Assembly (NCBI GenBank): GCA_028023455.1 | Contig: JAQFVV010000009.1 | Span: 15,562,001-15,626,000 of the forward strand | Direction: 5' to 3' | Length of the DNA: 64,000 bases | From: Epiperipatus broadwayi | Lineage: Eukaryota > Animalia > Onychophora | Shown here: positions 52,801 to 64,000 of the stretch, one piece after another | How the letters are laid out: the number at the start of each line of letters is the position of its first letter | Numbering within the stretch: the first letter of the stretch is position 1 | Made by a program: the position numbers and the translations under genes | Notes under the pieces: generated by a model | What the model saw: only the letters and a program-made list of their open reading frames with translations | What the model was told of the DNA's origin: nothing | The model's database searches: none

Positions 52801-55800
52801 TTATTCTACATTAAGAGTTTTTATGCATTTTATTTTAATTAAAATATTTTCTATTAAAATTTATTATAGTTATTATTATTATTATTATTATACAGATAGA
52901 CATTATCTTTGAAATAAGTACATATCTCCTCATTTGCCTAATAACTTATAAATAAAATAAAAGATTGAGAAATTTAATATTGAGAACATTATAATGAACC
53001 CTGAGATCTTACTATAATTTAATGATGAGAAGAAATTATATTTTATATAGAAGAAACTATTATGAAAAGAAAGTGGCAAAAATAGATAATAAAATTTAAA
53101 AACATGATCATTCTTTATCTAAATTCTTGAACTGTGAAACTGATCATGGCAATAAGATGTTGGAATAGGGGTTGTAATAAGATTATATATTGGAGGGGAT
53201 AAGTAATAAAAACTGATTATGAGGAGGAGAATGTATTATAACTGAACTACTATTGGTGTATGCTTTAATATTAAGTGCTTTTATAGTTTAAAAATGAGTT
53301 GAGAATTTTACTCCTCTTAATGATTATTAACCTATTTATAATACTTGGTTGTTATTATTATTATGATCTCTGTAGCTCTCGTTATTATTGGCGTATATCA
53401 CTAATAGAGAGCCTGAACTTAGCTTCATTTTGATGCGATGTCTCTAAATTTTTTAGATTATAATATATATAAAATCGCATGGCTGCCAAATATCATAAAA
53501 TGTGCAAATTTTAATGTTTTTTTTTTTTTATTTGTTTGTTTATTTACATTTTTATTTGTTTACATTTTTCTTTGGATAGCATATAATTGAAGTCGGGTAA
53601 TTAGATACAGCATAATTCACAGCTCCACTGTAATGTTATTTTGTGTGTGTGTGTGTGTGTTTATATCATTACGAAATATAGTATATATAAAACTTTCATT
53701 CCACTGCGAATTCTTGAAACATCTGAATAAAGACATAAAAAAAATGTGTAGTGAAATGGAAGTTTTAAATATTTAAAAAAATATTTTTGCTTGGGGAAAA
53801 AAAGATGTTAAATTATTCCATGTGTTTATGTTTAATTAAAAAACTTGTGTTAATTCTAAAGTAAAATTTGAAATTTATATCTGAACTAGGAATAATCTCT
53901 AATAAATGATTTGTAGTAAGCATTAATATTTTATCTGAAGTTATTTAAGTTGGGAGTTGAGAAAGTTTGATTTTTTTAAGTCTAAGTATAATAATTTTAT
54001 ATGAGTTTTCCAATAGTTTATCTGAATCAATATTTACATATTTGATTAAATTTTCTAATTTTTTACTAATTTTTCTGATTAGGAAATTTATTACCATGTA
54101 TATATTATTATGTTAAAGGTAAAGAATTTATATTGGGATATTCATTGAAAGTTAAATTAAAGTCAACGTTTGATTTATTGAGCTCAACTAATGATCTTTA
54201 TATATCAAGTCTAATCTAAATAAATCTGTAGGGGTATCAAGTTGAATCATTGTATAATAAAGTATATATTTTACTATGAATACTATACTGTAACAAAAAT
54301 TGACAAATCGTTTTACAGAATATATTTATTTCAGGGATAAATTTGTTCATCAATTGTCTTGGATCACTGCCAGCAATCCTTCAAATATAGCAGTCACCTA
54401 TCTTTTATTAATACTGTAATGGGGATTGAATTGATATTAAAGCATGAATGTTTAATGCTATTTTACTTTCTATAACTTAGGTATTCCAATAAACTACGTG
54501 TTAATCAACATAGAATCAGATATTTATTTTATTAAAAATTTTAATTAAGAAATTAAATTATTAAAATATGGAATAAATCTGGAGAGATATTATTTTCAAT
54601 TTTTACTTATAATATATTAACATAATATTACAAATCTAATGTAGTAAAATTATATGAATACAAATTGAAATTTTGGGTAATCAAATCCAAGTTTTTAGCT
54701 GAAGATAAATGAAAAGACAAAATAGAAAGAAATATACATTGTACTTTTTTCCTCTGCATATGACAGACCTTTAATTAAGAATTTGACATAGTGAACATCA
54801 TTAATTATATGCATTATTTTGATCTTAAAAAAAGAAACAATTCTTAACTTTTTTTAAAAAAGAACATCATTTGGTATAATTGATGACATGTTGGAATAGT
54901 GACCTCATTAAAACTATATTATTCAATGTTAAAATAGTGATGTTTATGCCAAAAAGGTTACAATGCTAAGTTTATTTATTATGCAGTATACAATATTGTA
55001 TTATGTTTTAATTTTAGGGTAAAAACATAATTAATGCACTAAGGTATTTTTCATTCTGTATCTGCAAATTAATCAGTGCTTTAATTTCTTACTTTTCAAA
55101 GTAAAAAAGCCTTTTATTGTTAATGGTTATAAAAGCAAAAAAGTGTGAAAATTTCATTCAGCATAAACATAATCAGAAACATACTTTGATTACATACAAT
55201 AACAAAGTGCATGAATAATAAATTGTAAAATGTTTACATTACTTAAAACATTTACACAAGTTAATTTTGGATTAAAATTTTATATTAATTTTGTTCATAG
55301 AAAAATGCAGTCATTGTAATTCTCTAAATTATTTTGGGTAAAAAAAAGAGGAAAAAAATTATTTTGTGCATTATGCAGTTAATAATCAATTTTATAAATC
55401 AAATATTACTGAACATACATTGGAAAATCATTTATTTGCTTAATTTTAGATCAGTAATCTCATTATTTGTTGCTAACATATCCCAAGAGAATGGTGATTT
55501 GTATTGCAAAAGTTTAAAAAAAATTATAATTTTTTTTATACTATATGCATTCACTAAAATATATTGTCTAAATAAATTTTGAATTAAAACTTTTAAGAAC
55601 GCTAATTTTACTCAATTAAAAAAATATGTTAGGTGAATCTAAAGTCATATTTTAATAATAGGGGATGGGGTCCATTTTATGCATTATGCAATTAACTTTA
55701 TATAATCAAAATTAGTAAACATAAGGTGAAAATGTCATTTACTTTTTGAACTTTGAACTAATAATCTTTTATTTCTGATATATCGGCAACTTTTATTGCA

Positions 55801-56639
55801 AATGTAAAAAAATACACTCTCTATAAAAATAAAAAAACACAAAGAATTACAAATTTCATTTAGTACAAAACTAAATAAATTTTGGTCACATATTAATAAT
55901 AAATTTTTAAATATGTGTATTAGCTAAAATATATTCACTCAATCAATTTTGAATTAAAAATTTTATGGAGGCTAATTTCAACTAAAGTAAAAATGATATT
56001 ATAAATCTAAAGTATTTTTGCTAAAGGAAAAAAAGGTGGAAATTGATTTTATACATTATGAAATGGATAGTAAACTTTATATGATGAAAATATAACAAAA
56101 GTAAACTAAAGAATATTCATGATTTAAATTTTATTTAACTAGATTATATTTTTGCCATTACAGTGTACTATGCTATTCAATAAATTGCTAATTATTCCAA
56201 GAAAATGGCTACTATGCTTAATAAAATATGACATCTTATGCTATAAAAAAGGGCACAGTTAGCATGGTTGTAAACAAAATACTACTTATTTACATGTACA
56301 ATACATACTTTAAAAAAGCCTTAAATACTGATTACAGTATATAAGTACAGAATGCATTGAATATATTTTTTAAGTTAATTGCAATCTTATTTTAGTAATA
56401 GTAATTTGGTTGCCTTTACATTAATGATTAATAAAATCTTTATAATTAGAAAAATACAGTTGAATAAGCTATTATTAAACTTTTCTAGTTTTAATTCTAA
56501 ATAATTTCACATAAATAATATATGTCTAAAAATTTAAAAAATAAAAAAAATTATAGTGTAGGATTTTTTTTTACACAATAAGAAATAAATTTCCATCACA
56601 TTTATCATGTCCTATGCTTACACAAGCTGTTAAACCAAT

Positions 56640-56900
56640 AGCAAACTCTCCATATGTTAGTACCAACCAGCGCAAGCCATAGTAATCAATGGATGCAATA
56701 AAGTTTGTGCATAAAATCTATTTAATGCCTACTCGTTCAATATTCACTGATCAAAGGCTCCTCACTAATGAAAGTCACAAGCTAGAAATTAGTTTGGGAT
56801 ATTGGATGAGTAGGCACTAGATAGAGATTTTATGCACAAACCTTATATCTATTGATTATTAAGACTTGCACTGAGTTGCACTACTGTATGGAGAATTTGT
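56640..56900 (+). mobile_element. Dispersed partial copy of the 21.4-22.5 kb retrozyme-like monomer
   Basis: CTCACTAATGAAAGTCACAAGCTAGAAATTAGTTTGGGATATTGGATGAGTAGGCACTAG aligns with 22339-22400; hammerhead decayed. Confidence 0.8.
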
Positions 56901-57789
56901 TTTAAAGAATGAAATTTGTGATAGAACATAAATTGTGAACTGCAAATTTTCTGTCACTTTCTTGGCCATTTTGCTTGCATAATGAAAACTTATACTTTTT
57001 CTAGCACTATTTAAATTTCACTTTTTACAGACTTTTTTTAAAAGTTTGCAACTATTTCATTTGGAATCATAGCAGCAATTTTTACCACCATGAAAAATCA
57101 AGAAATGTCTTGAACTTGGAAATCTGAATTGATATTTTAGTATCAATTGGAAAGTGGGGAAAGAAATTGTGACATCTTTTCATAAAGGGACTTATTTCCT
57201 ACTACATCATCATTAGTTTAAATAGCAAGAAAAAATAGAACAAAGTTTCAAGACTATCATAGATGTTTCTAAACTCCAAAATCACAAAATATAGACATCA
57301 TTTGTAAAAAAAAATTAGAGAAACTTTTATTACAATGGATCAATTCATGAAACCATCAAAGAGTGTGATTATATATAAAACAAACACACAAATCTTTATT
57401 TCTTTAATAACTTTAATAATGCTATATTTTCAATTTGATCAATTTTAATTTTAACTGACTGGAAGTCTTCTTCACAGCTAAAATATGAGTACATGAACGT
57501 ACAACCATTAATTATCTGGTCCATATAAACTATACATACAAGTAAACATCTAAATACAAACATATACACTTAAAAATCAATAGTACAATTGTATCATAAT
57601 CATGTTAAAAGTAGTAAATCTCTACCAATTTATATAATTATTTATTATATATTTTCTCACTAATATTATAATAACTGCATTGTTTATTATATTTTTACTT
57701 AAAATTATTTATATATTAATGTATATCCTTTTTTTTAATATAGGGGAAGACAAAACTATTCAATGATTTATGACAAAAAGAAATTGATG

Positions 57790-58800
57790 GAGTTGAAAAC
57801 ATCAAAATAAATTTCAAAAGGTTTAACAGGTCCTGGAAATGCAAATTTCTTACTACACAGTATAAAAATTACAGAAATAACTTCAGCAAATCTTAATACA
57901 ATCATGAATTTTTCATGTGGAGCAATTTAGTATTGTTCAAGAAGGAGAATATATTATGAAGTGTTTAATGTTGATAAAACTTGTCTTTTTGGAAATGCAT
58001 GTCTTCATGCATATTTATTTCAGAAGCCCCAGAATATAAAGTTTTCAAGCATTCATTTATGTTATTTCTTTGGGAAAACATGAAAGGATATGCAAAACTG
58101 AAACCTTTTCTCTCTTTTGGAGAATCCACATATGTTTATTTGCAAAAATATAACTACCAGTTATATAAAGATCACAGAAAAGCATTGATGCCAACAAGAT
58201 ATTTTCATAGATTATGTCAAAATCTCTTAAGTTTCATCACTAGATACTACAGGAATAACAATCTCATAGATAAGATTACTAATAGTTAAAGCACTGGACA
58301 TCCAATGAACATCTCAGAACATGCAAACAATATCAAGCTCATTTTTATTACCAAACATTACATCAATTTATTAAGCTATGGATCAAGGAATTGTTAAAAT
58401 TGTCAAGATGTTCTACCTTCAACAACTAATGCAGCATCTTATTGACACTTTGAATAAGGACACTGATAAGCTGTTCCATAACTCTGGAATGCCTTCAATT
58501 TAAAAGCAGCTATTGATTTTATAGGTAATACATTGACCAAGATATCTAACACAACTCTTGAATTCATGTAGAGGAAAGCATATTTCTAACTAATAACAAG
58601 TACAGAAGCAAAAAAGAGTCCATTATAATTGTGCACAAAAACATAGTCAACCTAACCAAGAAAACAGAAGATTACATTGAAGATCATTTAGAATTCCATA
58701 TGGAAAAATTAAACAATAATGAATTAATGCATCTGTATAAAGAAAAGAAAGGCAATAATGAAAAAGAAATCAACAAGAATATATAGAAGAATCTAGACAT
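57790..58800 (+). mobile_element. Tigger/pogo (Tc1-mariner, DDE_1) transposase pseudogene fragment
   Basis: VFNVDKTCLFWKCM (cf. VFNxDETGLFWK), GHP..NIK..LPNITS..MDQGIVK, WNAFN..AAIDFI. Confidence 0.75.
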
Positions 58801-58949
58801 CAAAAAATTGAAAAATTGTTTTTTTATCATATGGTCATAAACAACATTTTAGACAAATTTGATTCCAGCTTAGCAGCATCAAATCCAAATTGCTTTCAGC
58901 CAAATATCAAATATTACAAGATGTTATACAAAAAAAAAAAAAAAAGATT

Positions 58950-60010
58950 AAAAAAAGCAAAATTGGACTTTTTGTATCAATGTGACTATCTATATATGCG
59001 GTATGTTGACAATCTATTCCTTGCAACCACTAAACACACTACCACTTGCATTCTAGAAGAAATCCAACAAACCAACCTAACCATCAATACTATTTGGGAA
59101 GATGACTCGAAAAGATTGGTATATATGTCTACTGCAATTAGGAAGAATTATAAATTATTCTATGATCATAAAGCTGTTTGAAATCAGAGGCTTTATCCAT
59201 CCAAACTCCAACTCTCCTAATTCTCATAAATTTACGGGTTTAAGGGTATTTTTATTTAGGAATCTACACTTGTGCAAGTTTGAATCCAGCAGGAAAGATA
59301 ACATCTTTCTCTACATGCAATGATTTAGTAAAAGCAGGTTTTAAATATAAGACAATTATTAACAAAATTAAACAATTTCACAAGAAAATTACAGACAATA
59401 ATAGAGATCTGAACCTTCCCCACATCACTCTCCCTTATATTCCTAAAATTTCTTATCACTTAATTAAATCTTTATCTAACAAATTCAGAAACAGCTTTCA
59501 CACCCACTTTTGCACTAACCATCTTATAAACAATTCTAAAGACAAAGTGGACCTCACCCAAACCCCCCAGGTCATTTATAGCATCTCATGTCCTCAGCCT
59601 GGATGCCGTGCCATTTACTATGGTGAAATCAAAGCCACTGTTAACAACAGAGCCATCCAACATAGATACACATATAAAAGAGCACAGAAGAATAATGACA
59701 ATTCTTCAATATTCTTAGAGCATTCAAAAAAAGACCTGTCACATATTTGAACTCTCTACCCCTACAATAGTATGAGTTGAAAAAAATGACTGCAAACGTA
59801 AAATCAAGAAAGTATATGTTATCACTAGCAACAATAACTCTATTAACAGACGTGACACTTGCTTTGATATTTCCAAGTGTTGGACCAATTAAACAATTTA
59901 CATATAATTTGCATATTACCACCTACATTTTACTTCACATTATTTTTTGTTATAGCTATGAATATGAGGCAATACGCTTCGAAAGCACTTAGCTGTTAGA
60001 CTTACTTATT
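58950..60010 (+). mobile_element. Penelope-like element, 5'-truncated, frameshifted RT C-half + GIY-YIG + tail
   Basis: YMRYVDNLF; GFIHPNSNSP..K.TGL..FLFR; ITLPYIPKIS..VIYSISCPQPGCRAIYYGE..RAIQH; similar to 5640-7020. Confidence 0.9.
59955..59995 (+). ncRNA. Degenerate hammerhead-like motif in PLE tail
   Basis: ATGAATAT-GAGGC-AATAC-GCTTC-GAAAGCACTTAG; 5-bp stem II then GAAA; resembles the motifs at 175 and 5783. Confidence 0.45.
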
Positions 60011-60960
60011 GATTTTTGAGTACTTAATATAGCTTATCCTGCCAGTGCCTCAACACGCTTGTAATTTTGTTATAACAAATTGCCAAAACATTTTGGATTT
60101 TATTTTTCATAAATTTTTGTAGTCCTTTGAGAAATAAATTCTCACTGTTTTTTTTTATATATATTTGTGCTGTATTTAATCATGATTTAAAGTATATTGA
60201 TAAATGATGTTTTTGAAAATATTAAAGTTCATGATTAAAAAAACAATTCAACAAGAAACTTTTTTTTTTCATATACTTTTTAAAAACCTTTTTTTATTTA
60301 ATAAATAGAAGAAGAAAAAGTATAACTTGTATTTTACTTAGAATCCTATTATTGTGACCTTCTACAATTTGAATTGGATAAACGTATGAAAAATTTAATT
60401 TTCATGATTACCTGACAATTATTTTTAGCATTAGTTTTGATTTATTTAAATAACATTTTTTTAATTTTATCTTTAATACATATCCATAAAAAATTAATAA
60501 ATATAGGATTGTAAGTAAAAATTAGCATATGCACATCATTTGAAAGTATAATTATTAAATACCTGTAAATTAGTAGACTTACTTGTTATCATTTATATAT
60601 TAATTATACTTGTTATCACTGCCATCTTTTATTTCTTCTTAATCCCATGGCTCTTCTTAATTTATGAATTGGATATTATATTTCTAAAACTTAGTGACAA
60701 GAGTTGACTTTAACATTTTTTACAAAAATAAAATTGATCTTTAAAACGATAAGGTCTAAGTGCTAAAAACAAAGGGAAAAAATTAATTGTTAAGAGTTTA
60801 TTTGTTTGATTACTGATATAAAATATTAAATAAGACACTAAAATTAATAATTATAACAGTGGTAATAATATTTAAAATTAATAAATTTGGATGGCAAGGG
60901 GAGGTGAATTCAATTTATACTTAAATTTATACATATATATTTTAAGTAATTTTTATGTTT

Positions 60961-61807
60961 TCGTCAATTAGCCACCAAACACCACCTGATGTCACTGTTT
61001 CCATGCAAAAGCACAGAAATATACTGTTCAAGCAGCCTATAGAACAGTTCTGTTCATATTGGACACTAAGCAGCTTTTGTGTTTCGCAGTACTAGCGCAC
61101 ACTTCACAGATCGCTACAGTATGATGTGAGGGTGTATAGAATTCAAGTTGTCCTAAGTCTTTGCATGTGCATTCGAAGTATTTATTTTTATATGACCTGA
61201 TATAGTTTTAGATAGTATTAATTGTAAGACAAAAGATGCATTTCCGTACACATATTTTTAAGATTAAACGAATTTCAAAAGTGTATGTTTCAGTCATTAT
61301 ATAGAAATCACGCATAAAACATTTTGCACAGAGGCAGCTATGAGACTCTCAAAGCATAAGCTTGGCTTGATCAGAGGGGAATTTTCGAATCGAATTGTGT
61401 TTCATAAATTGTTTTAAAATAGTGTTGAAATTTTTTTTTTTGAACAGACATTAATTGAAAAAAAGAAATATTATATTTTATTAAATAATTTTGTTTTTAA
61501 AAATGTTGTGATGGCAAATCCTTCGGATTGTCAACGACATCGGGTCCCCCTCCCTGCGAATTCCAGTGCTATGCACTGACATGTAGTAGTGTGAGATGGA
61601 TAATGTTTTAAAAATTGTCTCGCATGTGACAGATGATCCTTCAGATCGGCAAAGACATCAGATCCCCCTCCCTGTGATTTCCAGCGCTATGCACTGACAT
61701 ATAGTAGTGTAAAAAAAGTAAATAGTAAATCAGCCCGATAATGTTATATCTATTGGTTTTTGACTATCAACAGTGACATCAGGTGGTGTTTGGTAGCTAA
61801 TCGATGA
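60961..61807. mobile_element. MITE-like non-autonomous DNA transposon with 39-bp TIRs
   Basis: 60961-60999 vs 61769-61807 match 36/39 as reverse complements; internal ~86-bp direct repeats 61507-61592 and 61625-61710; no TSD seen. Confidence 0.8.
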
Positions 61808-62303
61808 TAACCAATTTGTATATTATTGTTAAAAATAAATTAAATATACAGAACATATATATTTAAAATTGTCTACAAAAATAATATTGTTAATAAACTA
61901 TTCCTATAATTCAACAAAAACCAAATTAAGAGTGGGCCCTTTAGATTTTCATTAGAAATTGCTTGAATGCAGGATCCACAAATTCCACTATATTTTATTC
62001 CAAACTCCTTGCATACATCATATGTGGTGGATAATATTTTACATTTTGATTATAAGCTTTATTGCAATATGTACAATATTTTTTTATTATGCACAGACAC
62101 ACATATATCTATAATGTTTTTTTATGTGTATAGCATTCATGTATAATTATGATTATAGTATAAATAAAATATTTTTAAAAATATTTAATAATGTCTTTAT
62201 TAAAAATAAATTAAGAGAGCACATTTTCATATACAATTAGTTCCCCAAAATGTCTTATAAAGTAAAATCTCACAAAAATAAACAATTATAATGAAACCAT
62301 ATG

Positions 62304-62505
62304 GAGGAAAAATTTAATTTGTTACTTTAAATTCAAAATCTATATATATATAAAAGTTGATTAAATGGATAAGGTTTAAATTTAAAAAAGTATTAATTAA
62401 CGGAGGAAAAATTTAATTTGTTACTTTAAATTCAAAATCTATAAAAAAAAATAAAAAAAGTTGATTAAATGAATAAAGCTTAAATTTAAAAAAGTATTAA
62501 TTAAT
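62304..62505. repeat. ~98-bp tandem duplication
   Basis: GGAGGAAAAATTTAATTTGTTACTTTAAATTCAAAATCTAT.. at 62304 and 62402. Confidence 0.9.
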
Positions 62506-63589
62506 AAATAAACATTTTATTAAGCATGTTATTAAATATATATATATACTAACCAGTAAGTAAATGTACAATACAAAAACAATTTTAAAAGAAAAAAAAT
62601 TTTCATTTTTTCTAATAATGATTCACCATCTTGCTTTTTGTGTAACCACAGAATATTTTCTAAATGGTGATTTGTTGATTTAACATAAAGCATAAAATAA
62701 AAAAAAAAAAACCACAATGGACATTTTAAAATCTAAAAAAAAAAAATTTACGTAACTCAGTGTTCATTAAAATTTATTTTGATACACTTTTATGTTCAAT
62801 TGTTAATTTTTTTTTATTTTTATAATTTCTAATTAATAAGTCTTTGAATTTTTTTGCAGCATAGTTTTTTTTTTTTAATTTTTTTTTGAATATGAAATCC
62901 ATTCCTTTATTTCAATTATAGTCATTTTCATCTTATAATATTGCTCTTTCTTCAACCTCTTCATTACTATTCAAACATTTGTCAATCTCTGGAATCTTAG
63001 TTTGGCTCCAATTTCACATATTTCATCTTCCAAGGTTTTTTTGTTGTTGTTGTTGCTGCTCTCACTGTTTTTACAGTCCTTATTTAATTATCTATAACTT
63101 TATTCATGTTCTACTATCTTTGAACCAATCCATTTTTTATATATTTTCTCTATTTACCAATTTTCTTTATATCTTTCATCCAAATTCTATTTTTCAATAT
63201 AACTTTTTATATTAAAATAAAAACAATACTATTGCACTTTACTATGCACTTTATTCAATCGCACATATAATATTATCACACACTACCAAAAATAGCTGAC
63301 AGTTTTGATTGCCCAACAGTCTTCAAAATTGTAACATTCACAATATATTATAACGGAAAATGGTTATTGGTACGGTTGATTAATTATTTGTACCTTCAAC
63401 TATATTTATTTCGATTATTTTATTATATATTATACTTATTTATTATATCCATTTATTCTTTTCATAACTTTTATTTCTATCCATGTATTGTTTACAACTT
63501 AGATTCTTTATTATCTTATTTATTATTTTAACCAACGCCGTTACAATACAAGCAGAGAGCTAATACAGATACAAACTTAATTTCATATC

Positions 63590-63680
63590 TATACCCTTGA
63601 TCGAACCCCAAGGCAATACGTACTATTTTGCCGTATTTTTCCCACCAAGATACCTCGGCTGCTGAACAACGCAAACTATT
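63590..63680 (-). mobile_element. Possible tRNA-derived SINE head
   Basis: B box GGGGTTCGATC at ~63599-63609; A box only weakly recognisable. Confidence 0.25.
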
Positions 63681-64000
63681 TCAAAGAAACTTAACAATGT
63701 CCAGCGCTTGCTATTTATTTTTAGAATTGGGATTTCGCACGAACAAGCAGCACATGAATATCTTAAACAAATCAGTATGCCCCTTTAATCCTCTCACTTC
63801 CCCCCTGTCGTAGCTTGGTGATAGGAGAATAAAGCAAGGATACGAAATTTAATGACAAATATGTTTAATAATAATATTTACACTTTATATAAAAAATTAC
63901 ATTATAATAATAAAAACACACACTTATAAATACATGGCTATAATAAATATATGAAATAGATCAGATATAAAAGTTCTTAAAGTCCTGTTGATAGATGTTC

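Noticed and set aside
54330-54420. Candidate host exon (DKFVHQLSWITASNPSNIAV)
   Set aside because: Good acceptor but weak donor and no recognisable protein.

Overview
Very AT-rich eukaryotic (probably invertebrate animal) genomic DNA, almost entirely layered transposon remnants with no intact long ORF. Recognisable by eye: several Penelope-like (PLE) RT/GIY-YIG fragments, two or three RTE-type LINE relics, a Merlin (IS1595/ISXO2-like) DDE transposase, a Tigger/pogo transposase and a MITE. Possible host features are a CCAAT/ETS promoter with a short first coding exon near 9.1-9.5 kb. Two things stand out. (1) Minimal type-I hammerhead ribozyme motifs occur in at least four different repeat families, including a ~440-bp tandem 'retrozyme-like' array with an intact GUC hammerhead and tRNA-headed elements inserted as fold-backs. 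(2) Four 1.3-3.0 kb TG...CA elements (two with clean 4-bp TSDs) each carry an internal TATA-Inr promoter, a short exon and a splice donor, but no recognisable integrase or RT; two of them sit at the same AT-run in opposite arms of one inverted PLE. All family assignments come from motif recognition by eye, not database searches.
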